50,039 bases of DNA from a virus (Duplodnaviria > Caudoviricetes), in the IMG/VR virus record IMGVR_UViG_3300025723_001115, positions 1 through 50,039 of that record; one strand, written 5' to 3'. The position numbers and the translations under genes are program-made. Within the stretch, counting starts at the first letter, position 1, and every line of letters begins with the position of its first letter. Positions 18,347 to 27,020 of this stretch are shown piece after piece. A model generated the notes under the pieces. That model saw only the letters and a list, made by a program, of their open reading frames with translations. It was not told the origin of the DNA and ran no database searches.

Positions 18347-18961
18347 TTATACTAAAGTTGTTCCGGAAATTTGTGTAACTGACACTAAGCCAACCAATGC
18401 TGAATTTGTTGTTGCGGCATTAGCTGTAACTTTTTGTTGTGTACCTGATCCGCTTACTGGATCATATACACGCATTGATTCTGTAGTACCATTGTATAAG
18501 CCTGCGGCTACTGCGTTACGAATAACCTTAGCAGGTGTATCCATTGGGTTACCTGCGGCATCGTTTCCTACTGCTACAGTACCTTGTAGTGTACCTGTCA
18601 GTGGAAGGAAAGCGTCACGGTCATATTTTACAGTGAATAGTAAACTTGTTGCTTGTGCGTCAGCATTGGCTTCAGTAATAGCAATATCCATAATTTGGCA
18701 ATCAGCCAAACTGGTAAGTTGGTTAACCACTTGTTTAAAACGTAGGTTACCACGAGCACGGCTTAATGCTGTTGCCGCTGTACTCGGCAAGCTACCTGCT
18801 GGGAAATAATCCCACGTGTTTGGTGTACAGCCGCCGTCTTGATGGTTACCTTGGTCAGTTGTTGGAAACGCACCTGAGTTTCCATTATCAGTCATAGTGA
18901 TAGTGACACGGTAAAACCCTGGTTGTAATTGATCTAAATCTTGTTGAAATCCTGAGGACAT
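18347..18961 (-). CDS. Hypothetical, probably virion structural protein
   Basis: G/T/A/N-rich, with a late-type TAAATA upstream. Confidence 0.55.
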   Translation of the reverse strand: MSSGFQQDLDQLQPGFYRVTITMTDNGNSGAFPTTDQGNHQDGGCTPNTWDYFPAGSLPSTAATALSRARGNLRFKQVVNQLTSLADCQIMDIAITEANADAQATSLLFTVKYDRDAFLPLTGTLQGTVAVGNDAAGNPMDTPAKVIRNAVAAGLYNGTTESMRVYDPVSGSGTQQKVTANAATTNSALVGLVSVTQISGTTLV

Positions 18962-18988
18962 AATTGCCTGCTCCTTGTTATTATGTAT

Positions 18989-19336
18989 TTATTTAAAGAC
19001 TATCAAAGCCAGTAGTGCAGCCTGGCAGAAAAATCCAAAACCAATAGTCACAATATTAAGGAAATCCTTCTGGATAGCGGCTTTTAGGAAGAAACAGAAC
19101 AATCCTGCCCAACTAAACAGCACTAGATCCACAGGAGGCATCTTTTCAGTTAATCCTGTTAATACTGCTAGTAGTGTAGGAATGGTAGCTAAGTGTAGCA
19201 GAATAACTGCTACCCAGCCCATTGTTTCTGCGCTAACATGGGGTGCGTGTTCTTTGATGTTTTTAACCCATAGATCTAAATCAAATAAATCATGTACCTT
19301 TGTTTTGAATGTATTAATAACGGTTTGTGCGTTCAT
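18989..19336 (-). CDS. Small membrane protein (3 TM), possible lysis accessory
   Basis: Hydrophobic segments; directly downstream of the cell-wall hydrolase. Confidence 0.55.
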   Translation of the reverse strand: MNAQTVINTFKTKVHDLFDLDLWVKNIKEHAPHVSAETMGWVAVILLHLATIPTLLAVLTGLTEKMPPVDLVLFSWAGLFCFFLKAAIQKDFLNIVTIGFGFFCQAALLALIVFK

Positions 19337-19344
19337 GTTAGTCC

Positions 19345-19875
19345 TTAATTGTAAAATACGTGATGGCCAATTTTAGCTATGGGCTTTTTATTCCACCCTG
19401 GTTGTACATAATCCCCATGAAAATATAGGGCATTCTTTAAATCCGGTAAACGGAATCCTTCTAATAATACTTTTTTAGCTACTTCCATGCTTTCTGTGTA
19501 CATTGGGCCGTTCATTGGCTTAAGAGCACTTGGGCCTTCACAGTACCAGCTAAACTGGCACATTACTTTTTCGTATACTACGTTCTTTTGATATACAACC
19601 TTACAGATGTCGCTGGGAAATTGTCCGCTTTCTGTACGATTGATTGTGACCTGTGCGACAGCTACTTTGCCTTCAAACGGCTCACTGCCTGCTTCGTGGT
19701 ATATGTTACGAGCTAGACAATCTAATTGTTGTTGTCTCATTTGAGCTGTAACTGGACTCGCCGCTTCGCGAGCTTGTTTAAGATGTTCAAATTTCTTTGA
19801 AACTGCTTGTTGTGCTACAAATACTATTGACATAGCCACTAGTATATTGATTATAATTTTGATAGTGCGTATCAT
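19345..19875 (-). CDS. Cell wall hydrolase, SleB/Hydrolase_2 family
   Basis: CLARNIYHEA, AVAQVTINR, CQFSW and IGHHVFY motifs. SD AAGGAG before ATG 19875. N-terminal TM segment. Confidence 0.9.
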   Translation of the reverse strand: MIRTIKIIINILVAMSIVFVAQQAVSKKFEHLKQAREAASPVTAQMRQQQLDCLARNIYHEAGSEPFEGKVAVAQVTINRTESGQFPSDICKVVYQKNVVYEKVMCQFSWYCEGPSALKPMNGPMYTESMEVAKKVLLEGFRLPDLKNALYFHGDYVQPGWNKKPIAKIGHHVFYN

Positions 19876-20046
19876 TTTTGTCTCCTTTACGCTGGATGAG
19901 GTGTCGCTACCACCGTCATTGGTTAATGTTTGGCTGTATCCGTTTCTCCTTAACAAAAAGCCGTTTGCCCCAAAACCCTTCGGGGACAATATATAGTTAT
20001 CCTCAGATTTCTCTGGAAATACACTACTATTATACTTAGTCACAGT

Positions 20047-20445
20047 TTAACGCCTCATTCGAGAAATGTCAACTGCTTGTTCGTCACTAAAAACCGGCAC
20101 AGCGTTGCTTTTATGCATGGTCGCTATGCCTTTTACCTTATCACCTGTGTAAACCTTAGCTGGAGCCAAAGTAGCATTACCCGTATAATCGCCTCTGCTT
20201 TGTATATGAGCAGTAGTATTACGTCCTTCGGGTATTTTCAAACTGTAAGAACTGCTCAAACTATCAGCTGATAAAGCACGTTTGCGCTTTTTTTCCTCTA
20301 GTTCAAGGCCCTGACGTTTGAGTAATTCTTTCCAACTTTCTTCCAATTCTCTAGCCTTTCGTGCGTGTTCTGCCGAAGCGAATTTCTTTTTACCCTTCTT
20401 TTTGCCCGTAGTTGAATACATAGGCGGCAACAAGTGCATACTCAA
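20047..20445 (-). CDS. Hypothetical phage protein (start uncertain)
   Basis: C-terminal VYTGDKVKGIATMHKSNAVPVF; follows a consensus promoter. Confidence 0.65.
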   Translation of the reverse strand: MSMHLLPPMYSTTGKKKGKKKFASAEHARKARELEESWKELLKRQGLELEEKKRKRALSADSLSSSYSLKIPEGRNTTAHIQSRGDYTGNATLAPAKVYTGDKVKGIATMHKSNAVPVFSDEQAVDISRMRR

Positions 20446-20476
20446 AATATTCTCCAAAAGTTATAACAATACTAGT

Positions 20477-20505
20477 ATTATACTAGTTTATTCAAACTAT
20501 GTCAA
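20477..20505 (-). promoter_or_regulatory. Consensus sigma70 promoter
   Basis: TTGACA-17 bp-TATAAT. Confidence 0.85.
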
Positions 20506-20511
20506 ATGGGT

Positions 20512-20838
20512 TTATACTCGAAAACTTTCCCCGCAACCGCAACGGTCACGTTCATTTGGATTGATAAAATCGAACCCTTCATTGAGTCCATTGCGAACCC
20601 AATCCATTGTAAGCCCATTTAAGTACGGATCATCCTTCATACTTACTAATACGCAAAAGTCATTTTGAGCGTAGTTTATAACACCTTCTTCGCCATCGTA
20701 CTTGTCTACATATTCTAGCACATAGGCCAATCCGCTACAGCCTGTAGTTCTTACACCTATACGAATGCCGACTCCTTTGCCTCTTTTGGCAAGATTTTGT
20801 TTAATCTTATCCTTGGCTGTGTCGGTTACGATAATCAT
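20512..20838 (-). CDS. iscA: Fe-S cluster assembly A-type carrier IscA
   Basis: GCSGLAY and NPNERDRCGCGESF motifs. Confidence 0.93.
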   Translation of the reverse strand: MIIVTDTAKDKIKQNLAKRGKGVGIRIGVRTTGCSGLAYVLEYVDKYDGEEGVINYAQNDFCVLVSMKDDPYLNGLTMDWVRNGLNEGFDFINPNERDRCGCGESFRV

Positions 20839-21193
20839 CTATGGCCGCCTTGATAGCATCTTCGGCGAGTATGCTACAATGTATTTTGACGGGCGGGAGC
20901 GCCAGCTCTTCAGCAATTTCCGAATTCTTAATGCTTCCTGCTTCGTCCAGCGTTTTCCCTTTGACCCATTCAGTGACAAGACTCGAACTAGCGATCGCCG
21001 AGCCACAGCCGTAAGTTTTAAATCGGGCGTCTGTAATAATTCCAGCATCGTTTACCTTTATACTTAATTGTAAAACATCACCGCAGGATGGTGCTCCCAC
21101 TAATCCTACCCCAACTCCTGGGTCACCTTTTTTATATGAACCTACATTGCGTGGATTCTCATAGTGGTCGATAACTTTATCGCTGTATGCCAT
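20807..21193 (-). CDS. iscU: Fe-S scaffold IscU
   Basis: YSDKVIDHYENPRNVG, CGD, GCGSAIASSS and LPPVKIHC motifs. Confidence 0.96.
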   Translation of the reverse strand: MAYSDKVIDHYENPRNVGSYKKGDPGVGVGLVGAPSCGDVLQLSIKVNDAGIITDARFKTYGCGSAIASSSLVTEWVKGKTLDEAGSIKNSEIAEELALPPVKIHCSILAEDAIKAAIDDYRNRHSQG

Positions 21194-21194
21194 A

Positions 21195-21548
21195 TCAGTT
21201 TGGAACAGCTACAATTTTATGTACACCGGTTTGTGGATCAATCATTTCTTGCCAGTGCATACCTTGTGGCGGTGCTTGTACTGTTGGTTGTGTAACAATA
21301 ACACTAGGTTGTGTATAAACAACTGGAGGTTGTTCAACAATTACTGTACGAGGCTGGGCAATTTCGTATCCGATAACTCCGCCTATTACAGCAGGTGCTA
21401 CCCAGCCCATACCATAACCACCTCTATAGCAACAACCGCCACGATAATGAAACCCTTCGTGTGCTTGAGCTTGTGGGCTATAAGCAAACAATGCACTCAT
21501 TGCCAAAATACTAGCAAATACTGAACCGATTATAAGTTTACTTTTCAT
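21195..21548 (-). CDS. Secreted Pro/Val-rich hypothetical protein
   Basis: Signal peptide, glycine-zipper-like segment and QPPVV/QPSV/QPTV repeats. Confidence 0.6.
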   Translation of the reverse strand: MKSKLIIGSVFASILAMSALFAYSPQAQAHEGFHYRGGCCYRGGYGMGWVAPAVIGGVIGYEIAQPRTVIVEQPPVVYTQPSVIVTQPTVQAPPQGMHWQEMIDPQTGVHKIVAVPN

Positions 21549-21604
21549 AATACTGCTCCTTAAGCGTATACTAATATAACGCCTTAGACTAATATTTAGT
21601 TGAC

Positions 21605-21799
21605 TTATTTGGCTTCTTTACGTGCATTCTTAACTGCTGTAACATCGTTGCGAGTTTCTTTACACAATTTGGCAAGCTCTTGTAAATGCTTGCGGACACG
21701 AGTACCTGCGGCACCTACTTCTTTATCGTAGAACTTTTCGAAGTCGCCTTCCATTGCTTCTACTAACGCTGTGAATTCTGAAAATTTATTTGTAGCCAT
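21605..21799 (-). CDS. Histone H1-like (Hc1 family) small protein
   Basis: DFEKFYDK...AAGTRVRK.LQELAKLCKE.R motif. Confidence 0.65.
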   Translation of the reverse strand: MATNKFSEFTALVEAMEGDFEKFYDKEVGAAGTRVRKHLQELAKLCKETRNDVTAVKNARKEAK

Positions 21800-21837
21800 T
21801 TATTTCTCCTTTAGGCAAGTACAGAGTACTTATACCT

Positions 21838-21866
21838 AGTATACACTAGTAGAAAATAAATGTCTA
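21838..21866 (-). promoter_or_regulatory. Sigma70-like promoter
   Basis: TAGACA-17 bp-TATACT. Confidence 0.55.
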
Positions 21867-21867
21867 G

Positions 21868-22233
21868 TTAATTGGCAAATACGTTTGGACTACCGCTACT
21901 GATAGTATGATCTTTGTGTCCGTCGGAATCATATTTGTCGCCAACACGGCCTAATGCTTTTCCATTGACAAACACGTTTGGACTATATGTGCTCAATGCC
22001 GGAGCATGGTTAACAGGACTACTTACACAAGGCACACCATCTGGGTGTGTCTTCATAACATCGCCTTGTCTAACTGCTCCGACGCCGTTGATAAAAACAT
22101 TACTACTTCCAGCATCTGTAGCCTGAGTGGTAGGAGTATCCCAATGATGTACATTTCTTCCACAAGAGGAGCCAACTGCTCCATCGGTACAAGATACTGT
22201 ATCTGTTCCACTCATTCTGGCTACGGCTGGCAT
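21868..22233 (-). CDS. PAAR-like tail spike tip protein
   Basis: PAVAR, GSSNVFING..AVRQGD, SPNVFVNGKALGRVGD and GSPNVFAN motifs. Confidence 0.88.
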   Translation of the reverse strand: MPAVARMSGTDTVSCTDGAVGSSCGRNVHHWDTPTTQATDAGSSNVFINGVGAVRQGDVMKTHPDGVPCVSSPVNHAPALSTYSPNVFVNGKALGRVGDKYDSDGHKDHTISSGSPNVFAN

Positions 22234-22523
22234 TATACTAGTTTAATCCCTGATGTTTGTTCTGTATAACGATCTGCGGCATCTTTGATAGTTGCGGCTA
22301 GCACCATAATACTATTCTTATTTATAGTAACTTCTGCGTCTGGATCAGTTGTAAACAAAAATGGAACTAATCCAATTCCTTCTTTCGTAGCTGTTAAACA
22401 CAATGGCTTGCTAACCTTAACACCCAATGGGCCGTCTTCAATTAACTTGGCAACAATCTCTTCGCCAGCTGTTGTTTTGATTGTAACTACTTCGCCTTGT
22501 GCGATACCTTTTGAAATTAACAT
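22233..22523 (-). CDS. Hypothetical phage protein, Sm-like beta fold
   Basis: VVTIKTTAGEEIVAKL motif. Confidence 0.55.
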   Translation of the reverse strand: MLISKGIAQGEVVTIKTTAGEEIVAKLIEDGPLGVKVSKPLCLTATKEGIGLVPFLFTTDPDAEVTINKNSIMVLAATIKDAADRYTEQTSGIKLV

Positions 22524-22524
22524 A

Positions 22525-22752
22525 TTATACCTTTTCGAAATGTTTCTTGAGTTCTGTAAACCCGCCTATATAATTATCGTCTAAAAATATTTGTGGTAAA
22601 GTTCTGGCTGTGGGTACGGCTTCTAATAGCTGTTCCTTAGTCCAATCGGTTTGAACATTACGTTCTTCGTACTCAATCCCTTTCATTTCTAATAATGCTT
22701 TAGCCTGTACACAAAATGGACAAGCATTTTTACTCCATACTATTGCTTTCAT
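22525..22752 (-). CDS. Glutaredoxin
   Basis: CPFC, TLPQIF and IGGF motifs. Confidence 0.93.
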   Translation of the reverse strand: MKAIVWSKNACPFCVQAKALLEMKGIEYEERNVQTDWTKEQLLEAVPTARTLPQIFLDDNYIGGFTELKKHFEKV

Positions 22753-22770
22753 CTTAATTCCTTTTTACTA

Positions 22771-23874
22771 TTATAGCGCAGGTAATGCGTCGTAGTCAAT
22801 GCCTTCACTCATAACGCCAATAACATAATTAGTCGATTCGCTTTCCTGTAGAGCAGTTTGTTTGCTACTTGTGTTTACGTGTTTGTTAAACCATGGAATA
22901 GGAGTCGACTTAGGAGCAACTTGTTGATACTTAATACCAATGTCCTTTAATGCTCCTACTGCTGTGTAGTCTACAAAATCTTTGAGAATGTTTGCGTTCA
23001 GTCCAATTACTGGACCTTTCTTGAACAAGTAGTCTGCCCATTGTTTTTCTTCACGGATAACGTCTGCGTACATGGCATAGACTTCTTGCTCGCAATCAAT
23101 CTTAGCCTGAGCAAATCGAGGATCTTCTTTAACTACTTGATTGATCAAGTAGGCTGTCCAGCCTTTGTGTAGCAATTCGTCTTGTAGAATCAAACTGATA
23201 ATGTTACCGTTACCAATAAAGATCTTGTTCTCAACCATTGCCAAACTTGTAGCAAAGCTAACCATAAAGCGAAATGCTTCTAGTGCGTATGATGCATTAA
23301 GAGCCAACCAGATTGCCTTGATGTGATCTTTTTCTTCGACTGCTACAAAGTTATATTCCTTCTGACAATTAATTTGATGTAGTGAATCATAGTATTTGCC
23401 AACACTTGATGCCATGCTGATAATTTCTTCAGTATCGTGGATAGTGTTGAACACATCCTTGGGCACATTATAGATATTACGAATTATGTGACTGTAGCTC
23501 TTACTGTGGATGTTGGTTTCAAAGAAGCCCCAGTTGTACATGAGAGCTTCAAGTTCGGGCAATGAACACACAGGAGTAAACACTTGCGTTGGTCCACGAC
23601 CTTGAAGACTATCAAGTGCTGTCTGACGTAATAAATTGCTGGTGAAAATATGTTTAATCGCATCGCTCGCATCCTTAAAGTCATTTGCGTCTTTGGTAAG
23701 ACTAATCTCTTCGGGTTGCCAGAAGAAGCCTCGGGCTGTCGCTTCAAAATCTGCAATCTTCTTGTATTTAACCTCTTCAAATCGTTGGATGGTCACAGGC
23801 CCTTGCGGATCTAGAAACATTTTACGATTAAGGTAATCTGTTTTTGTTTTTAAATTGTACTGTTCTTTACTCAT
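22771..23874 (-). CDS. nrdB: Ribonucleotide reductase class Ia beta subunit
   Basis: FWQPEEI, ETNIHSKSY and DELLH motifs. Confidence 0.95.
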   Translation of the reverse strand: MSKEQYNLKTKTDYLNRKMFLDPQGPVTIQRFEEVKYKKIADFEATARGFFWQPEEISLTKDANDFKDASDAIKHIFTSNLLRQTALDSLQGRGPTQVFTPVCSLPELEALMYNWGFFETNIHSKSYSHIIRNIYNVPKDVFNTIHDTEEIISMASSVGKYYDSLHQINCQKEYNFVAVEEKDHIKAIWLALNASYALEAFRFMVSFATSLAMVENKIFIGNGNIISLILQDELLHKGWTAYLINQVVKEDPRFAQAKIDCEQEVYAMYADVIREEKQWADYLFKKGPVIGLNANILKDFVDYTAVGALKDIGIKYQQVAPKSTPIPWFNKHVNTSSKQTALQESESTNYVIGVMSEGIDYDALPAL

Positions 23875-24494
23875 TAATATTTTCCCGATGCTAATACTAT
23901 TTTACAAATATGTTCTAATCTTTCAATATGTTCGTAGGCACGCCAGGGGCTTGTGTCAATAGCAACTACTCCGTGCCCTTTGATGCCTACAATATCGTAT
24001 TTTATGTTGCCTTGATTATCCAATCCTAATTTTTCAAAACACTGATCAGCTAGTTCTTGACTGATAGGAGCAACATCTGGAACATTAGGTGCTACCTTAG
24101 TGTAACGATTCAATTCTGGAAACGCATCACTAATAGTACTTAGATCAATACCAGCATGCATGGCGGCAATACAATATGTAGGATGAACGTGTACAACTAC
24201 ACGAACTTCTCCGCTGTGTTGCCCCATTGCTCTTTGTAGGCCAAAGTGTAAAGGTATTTCTCCACTGGGCTTTAAGTTGGCACTAATATCAGTATAATAC
24301 TCTTCCTGCCACAATAGTCCGTGAATACTAATCTTCTTAAATTGATCTGGTTGTAATGTTTGTTTACGTACACCACTAGGTGTAATGTAAAAATGGTCAC
24401 GGTCGTGATGACGTATACTTACGTTGCCATCTCGGCTAGTAATCCAGTTACGCTTATATGCGTCAACTAATATATCGCAAATAGTTTCTAACAT
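23874..24494 (-). CDS. Class II aldolase/adducin family protein
   Basis: GNVSIR, ITPSG, PSGE..LH, HVHPTY and GHGVV motifs. Confidence 0.88.
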   Translation of the reverse strand: MLETICDILVDAYKRNWITSRDGNVSIRHHDRDHFYITPSGVRKQTLQPDQFKKISIHGLLWQEEYYTDISANLKPSGEIPLHFGLQRAMGQHSGEVRVVVHVHPTYCIAAMHAGIDLSTISDAFPELNRYTKVAPNVPDVAPISQELADQCFEKLGLDNQGNIKYDIVGIKGHGVVAIDTSPWRAYEHIERLEHICKIVLASGKY

Positions 24495-26815
24495 TATAAC
24501 TTACAAGCCTCGCAATCTTCTTCATTATCAAAATCGATAACTTCTAGCATAACAGGAGCGTCTTCGGCAATCTGTTTGCTACCTGCTTTGTTAATCAAAC
24601 TGTAGTAGAATGTTTTCAATCCCCACATTTGAGCTTGCATTAAATTCTTAGCAATCAATGTAGTTGGAACTTTACGATCCACAAAGTGTGCTGGATTGTA
24701 AAAAGTGTTAGTACTTATACTTTGGTCAACATAGGCAGCCAAAACTGCGGCTGTTTTCAAATAACCATCACAGTCTGTTTGTTCCCACATGAGTTGATAT
24801 TTGTTCTTAAGTTTGTGATATTCAGGAACAACTTGCGTGAATGATCCTGCTTTACTTTCCTTAGTACTGATCAAGCTCATAGGCAACTCAATACCATTAG
24901 TACTGTTTATAACAACACTACTGCTTTCGACTGGAGCAATCGCCATTAGTGTGGCATTGCGAACTCCATACTGTTTCATATTAGTACGTAGAGTTTCCCA
25001 GTCAAGTTCTGGAGAAAAGTCAGCAAGTTCATTTGCACCTTCGGCACGTAGTTCCCAAGGGAATATACCTTGCCCATAACGTGTCTTATCACTATGTGTA
25101 CACGGTCCGCGTTCTTTTGCCAACTCTACTGTAGCTTCTGTTAAGTAGAAGGCTTGATGTTCCATCCAGGATTTAACATCTTGTAAGGCATCTTTCTCGC
25201 CATACTTGAGTCCACGTTTGGCGTGCCAATAGGCTAGGTTAGTAACACCAATACCCAATGGTTGTATTTCGTCATTTGATAGTTTACTTTGGATACTTAA
25301 AAAATCTTGGTAATCAAGAATGTTACACAAACTACGTTGTAAAATACGGCAAGCCCTACGCATATCTTCTGGATTACGGAAAGCTCCCCAGTTGATCGAA
25401 CCAAGTGTACATAAAGCAATACGGCCATCTGCGTCATCGAGACGTTTAAAAGGTTTTGTGGGTAATAGTATTTCACAGCACAAGTTACTTTGATAAATTG
25501 TATGGAACTCAGGATCAAATGGTCCTTGATTCTGTACGTTGTCGATAAACACTAGATAGATACGTCCAGTGTCTGTACGTTCTTTTAATATTCCGCCTTT
25601 GAATACTTCTTCAGCAGTCATAGACTTTTTACGTAAGTCTGTACGCTTTTCATATTTTACATACAGTTCTTCAAATTCTGCTGTGTTACGATAAAAGGCT
25701 TCATATAGGTCGGGTACTTCATTCGGATCAAAGAAGGTGATGTTTTCTTTGTTCTTGAAACGGCGCCAAAAGAACTTGCTAAGGACAACTCCGTAGTCCA
25801 TGTGTCTGACTCGAGTTTCCTCTGTGCCTTGGTTGTTTTTAAGAACAATAAGGTCATCAAACTGATGATGCCAAATGGGATAAAATACTGTAGCACTAGC
25901 ATTACGAATACCTCCTTGACTACAACTACGCAAATCTCCGAACCACTTCTTTAAAAATGGTATCATACCAGTATGCATGATTTCGCCACCGCGAATTGGG
26001 GAGCCCAATGGGCGAAGTCGACCGATCTCCAGTCCAATCCCCGCACGTTTACTAGCATACTTGGCCATCATTTCGCCTGAAGCGAAAATACTATCAAGGT
26101 CATCATCACTACGGATGAGTACACAGGAACTGAACTGTTTGGTGGGAGTGCCAAGACCAGCAAGAACTGGAGTAGCGAGAGTAAACAAACCATCACTGGC
26201 GGCGTTATAATATTCTTTAATATAACGCATCCTAGCTGTGTTAGGTTCTTCTTTATGGAAGACAGTAGCCGCGGCCACAATATATCTAATTTGTGGAGTT
26301 TCATAAATTTCCTTTGTCGCACGATTGCGTACCAAATACTTCTCTATTAACTGCTCAATACTAGCATATCCATATTGTTCATCTTTTTCATGATCCAACA
26401 TGTCATTCATTTTATTCCAGTCGTCTTCTGTATACCATTCAAGCAGTTCAGGAGTGTACAAGCCTACTTCAATATTTTTCTTTATGATAGTATAAAGATG
26501 GGGCACATCATAGCTACCGTATACATCCTTACGTAACATTGACAAACGTTGTTTGCCCGCTACATACTGATAATTAGTATGACCAATGTCTGGATTTTGT
26601 TCTACGTCGATTAAATCTACTATCGCTCGTAAAGTAATGTTGTCAATTTCTTGTGTAGTAATGCCATCATAAAAGTGCGGCTGACTTTTAATTTCAATCA
26701 TCGACTGACTGACATCGGCAATACCTTTACAAACTTTAGCTATCTGAGCTTGCCATTTTTCGACTGCTAGTGGTTCGCGATTTCCACTTCTTTTAATAAC
26801 TGTAATCTTGCTCAT
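24494..26815 (-). CDS. nrdA: Ribonucleotide reductase class Ia alpha subunit
   Basis: ATP cone (VIKRSG), QFSSC, SNLCCEI and C-terminal CEACKL. Confidence 0.96.
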   Translation of the reverse strand: MSKITVIKRSGNREPLAVEKWQAQIAKVCKGIADVSQSMIEIKSQPHFYDGITTQEIDNITLRAIVDLIDVEQNPDIGHTNYQYVAGKQRLSMLRKDVYGSYDVPHLYTIIKKNIEVGLYTPELLEWYTEDDWNKMNDMLDHEKDEQYGYASIEQLIEKYLVRNRATKEIYETPQIRYIVAAATVFHKEEPNTARMRYIKEYYNAASDGLFTLATPVLAGLGTPTKQFSSCVLIRSDDDLDSIFASGEMMAKYASKRAGIGLEIGRLRPLGSPIRGGEIMHTGMIPFLKKWFGDLRSCSQGGIRNASATVFYPIWHHQFDDLIVLKNNQGTEETRVRHMDYGVVLSKFFWRRFKNKENITFFDPNEVPDLYEAFYRNTAEFEELYVKYEKRTDLRKKSMTAEEVFKGGILKERTDTGRIYLVFIDNVQNQGPFDPEFHTIYQSNLCCEILLPTKPFKRLDDADGRIALCTLGSINWGAFRNPEDMRRACRILQRSLCNILDYQDFLSIQSKLSNDEIQPLGIGVTNLAYWHAKRGLKYGEKDALQDVKSWMEHQAFYLTEATVELAKERGPCTHSDKTRYGQGIFPWELRAEGANELADFSPELDWETLRTNMKQYGVRNATLMAIAPVESSSVVINSTNGIELPMSLISTKESKAGSFTQVVPEYHKLKNKYQLMWEQTDCDGYLKTAAVLAAYVDQSISTNTFYNPAHFVDRKVPTTLIAKNLMQAQMWGLKTFYYSLINKAGSKQIAEDAPVMLEVIDFDNEEDCEACKL

Positions 26816-26981
26816 TGTGTGTTCTTCAAAATATATAAATCTTTATTGTTGTTGGTGTGTTTAGGTAGTATTTAGTGGTGGCGAAACCGATCGACAACTA
26901 TTCCTTAGTCGTTGATTTTAGCGAGGTTTGAGCGGGATTTTTTCCCCTTCTGGGATATATTTTATCATACTGACAAAACAA

Positions 26982-27010
26982 ATTATATACGCATTTATCC
27001 GTATTGTCTA
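26982..27010 (-). promoter_or_regulatory. Sigma70-like promoter for the nrd operon
   Basis: TAGACA-17 bp-TATAAT. Confidence 0.65.
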
Positions 27011-27020
27011 TCGGATTGAA

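Noticed and set aside
19940-19990. c-di-GMP-I riboswitch (GGCAAAC seed)
   Set aside because: It lacks the following GNRA hairpin and GACGCAAA segment.
21800-21830. Third ROSE-like leader (CTTGCCTAAAGGAG) before the Hc1-like gene
   Set aside because: The loop is too short for the same pairing and the shared upstream hairpin is absent.
26908-26970. 20-codon uORF in the nrdA leader
   Set aside because: It has no SD or other support.
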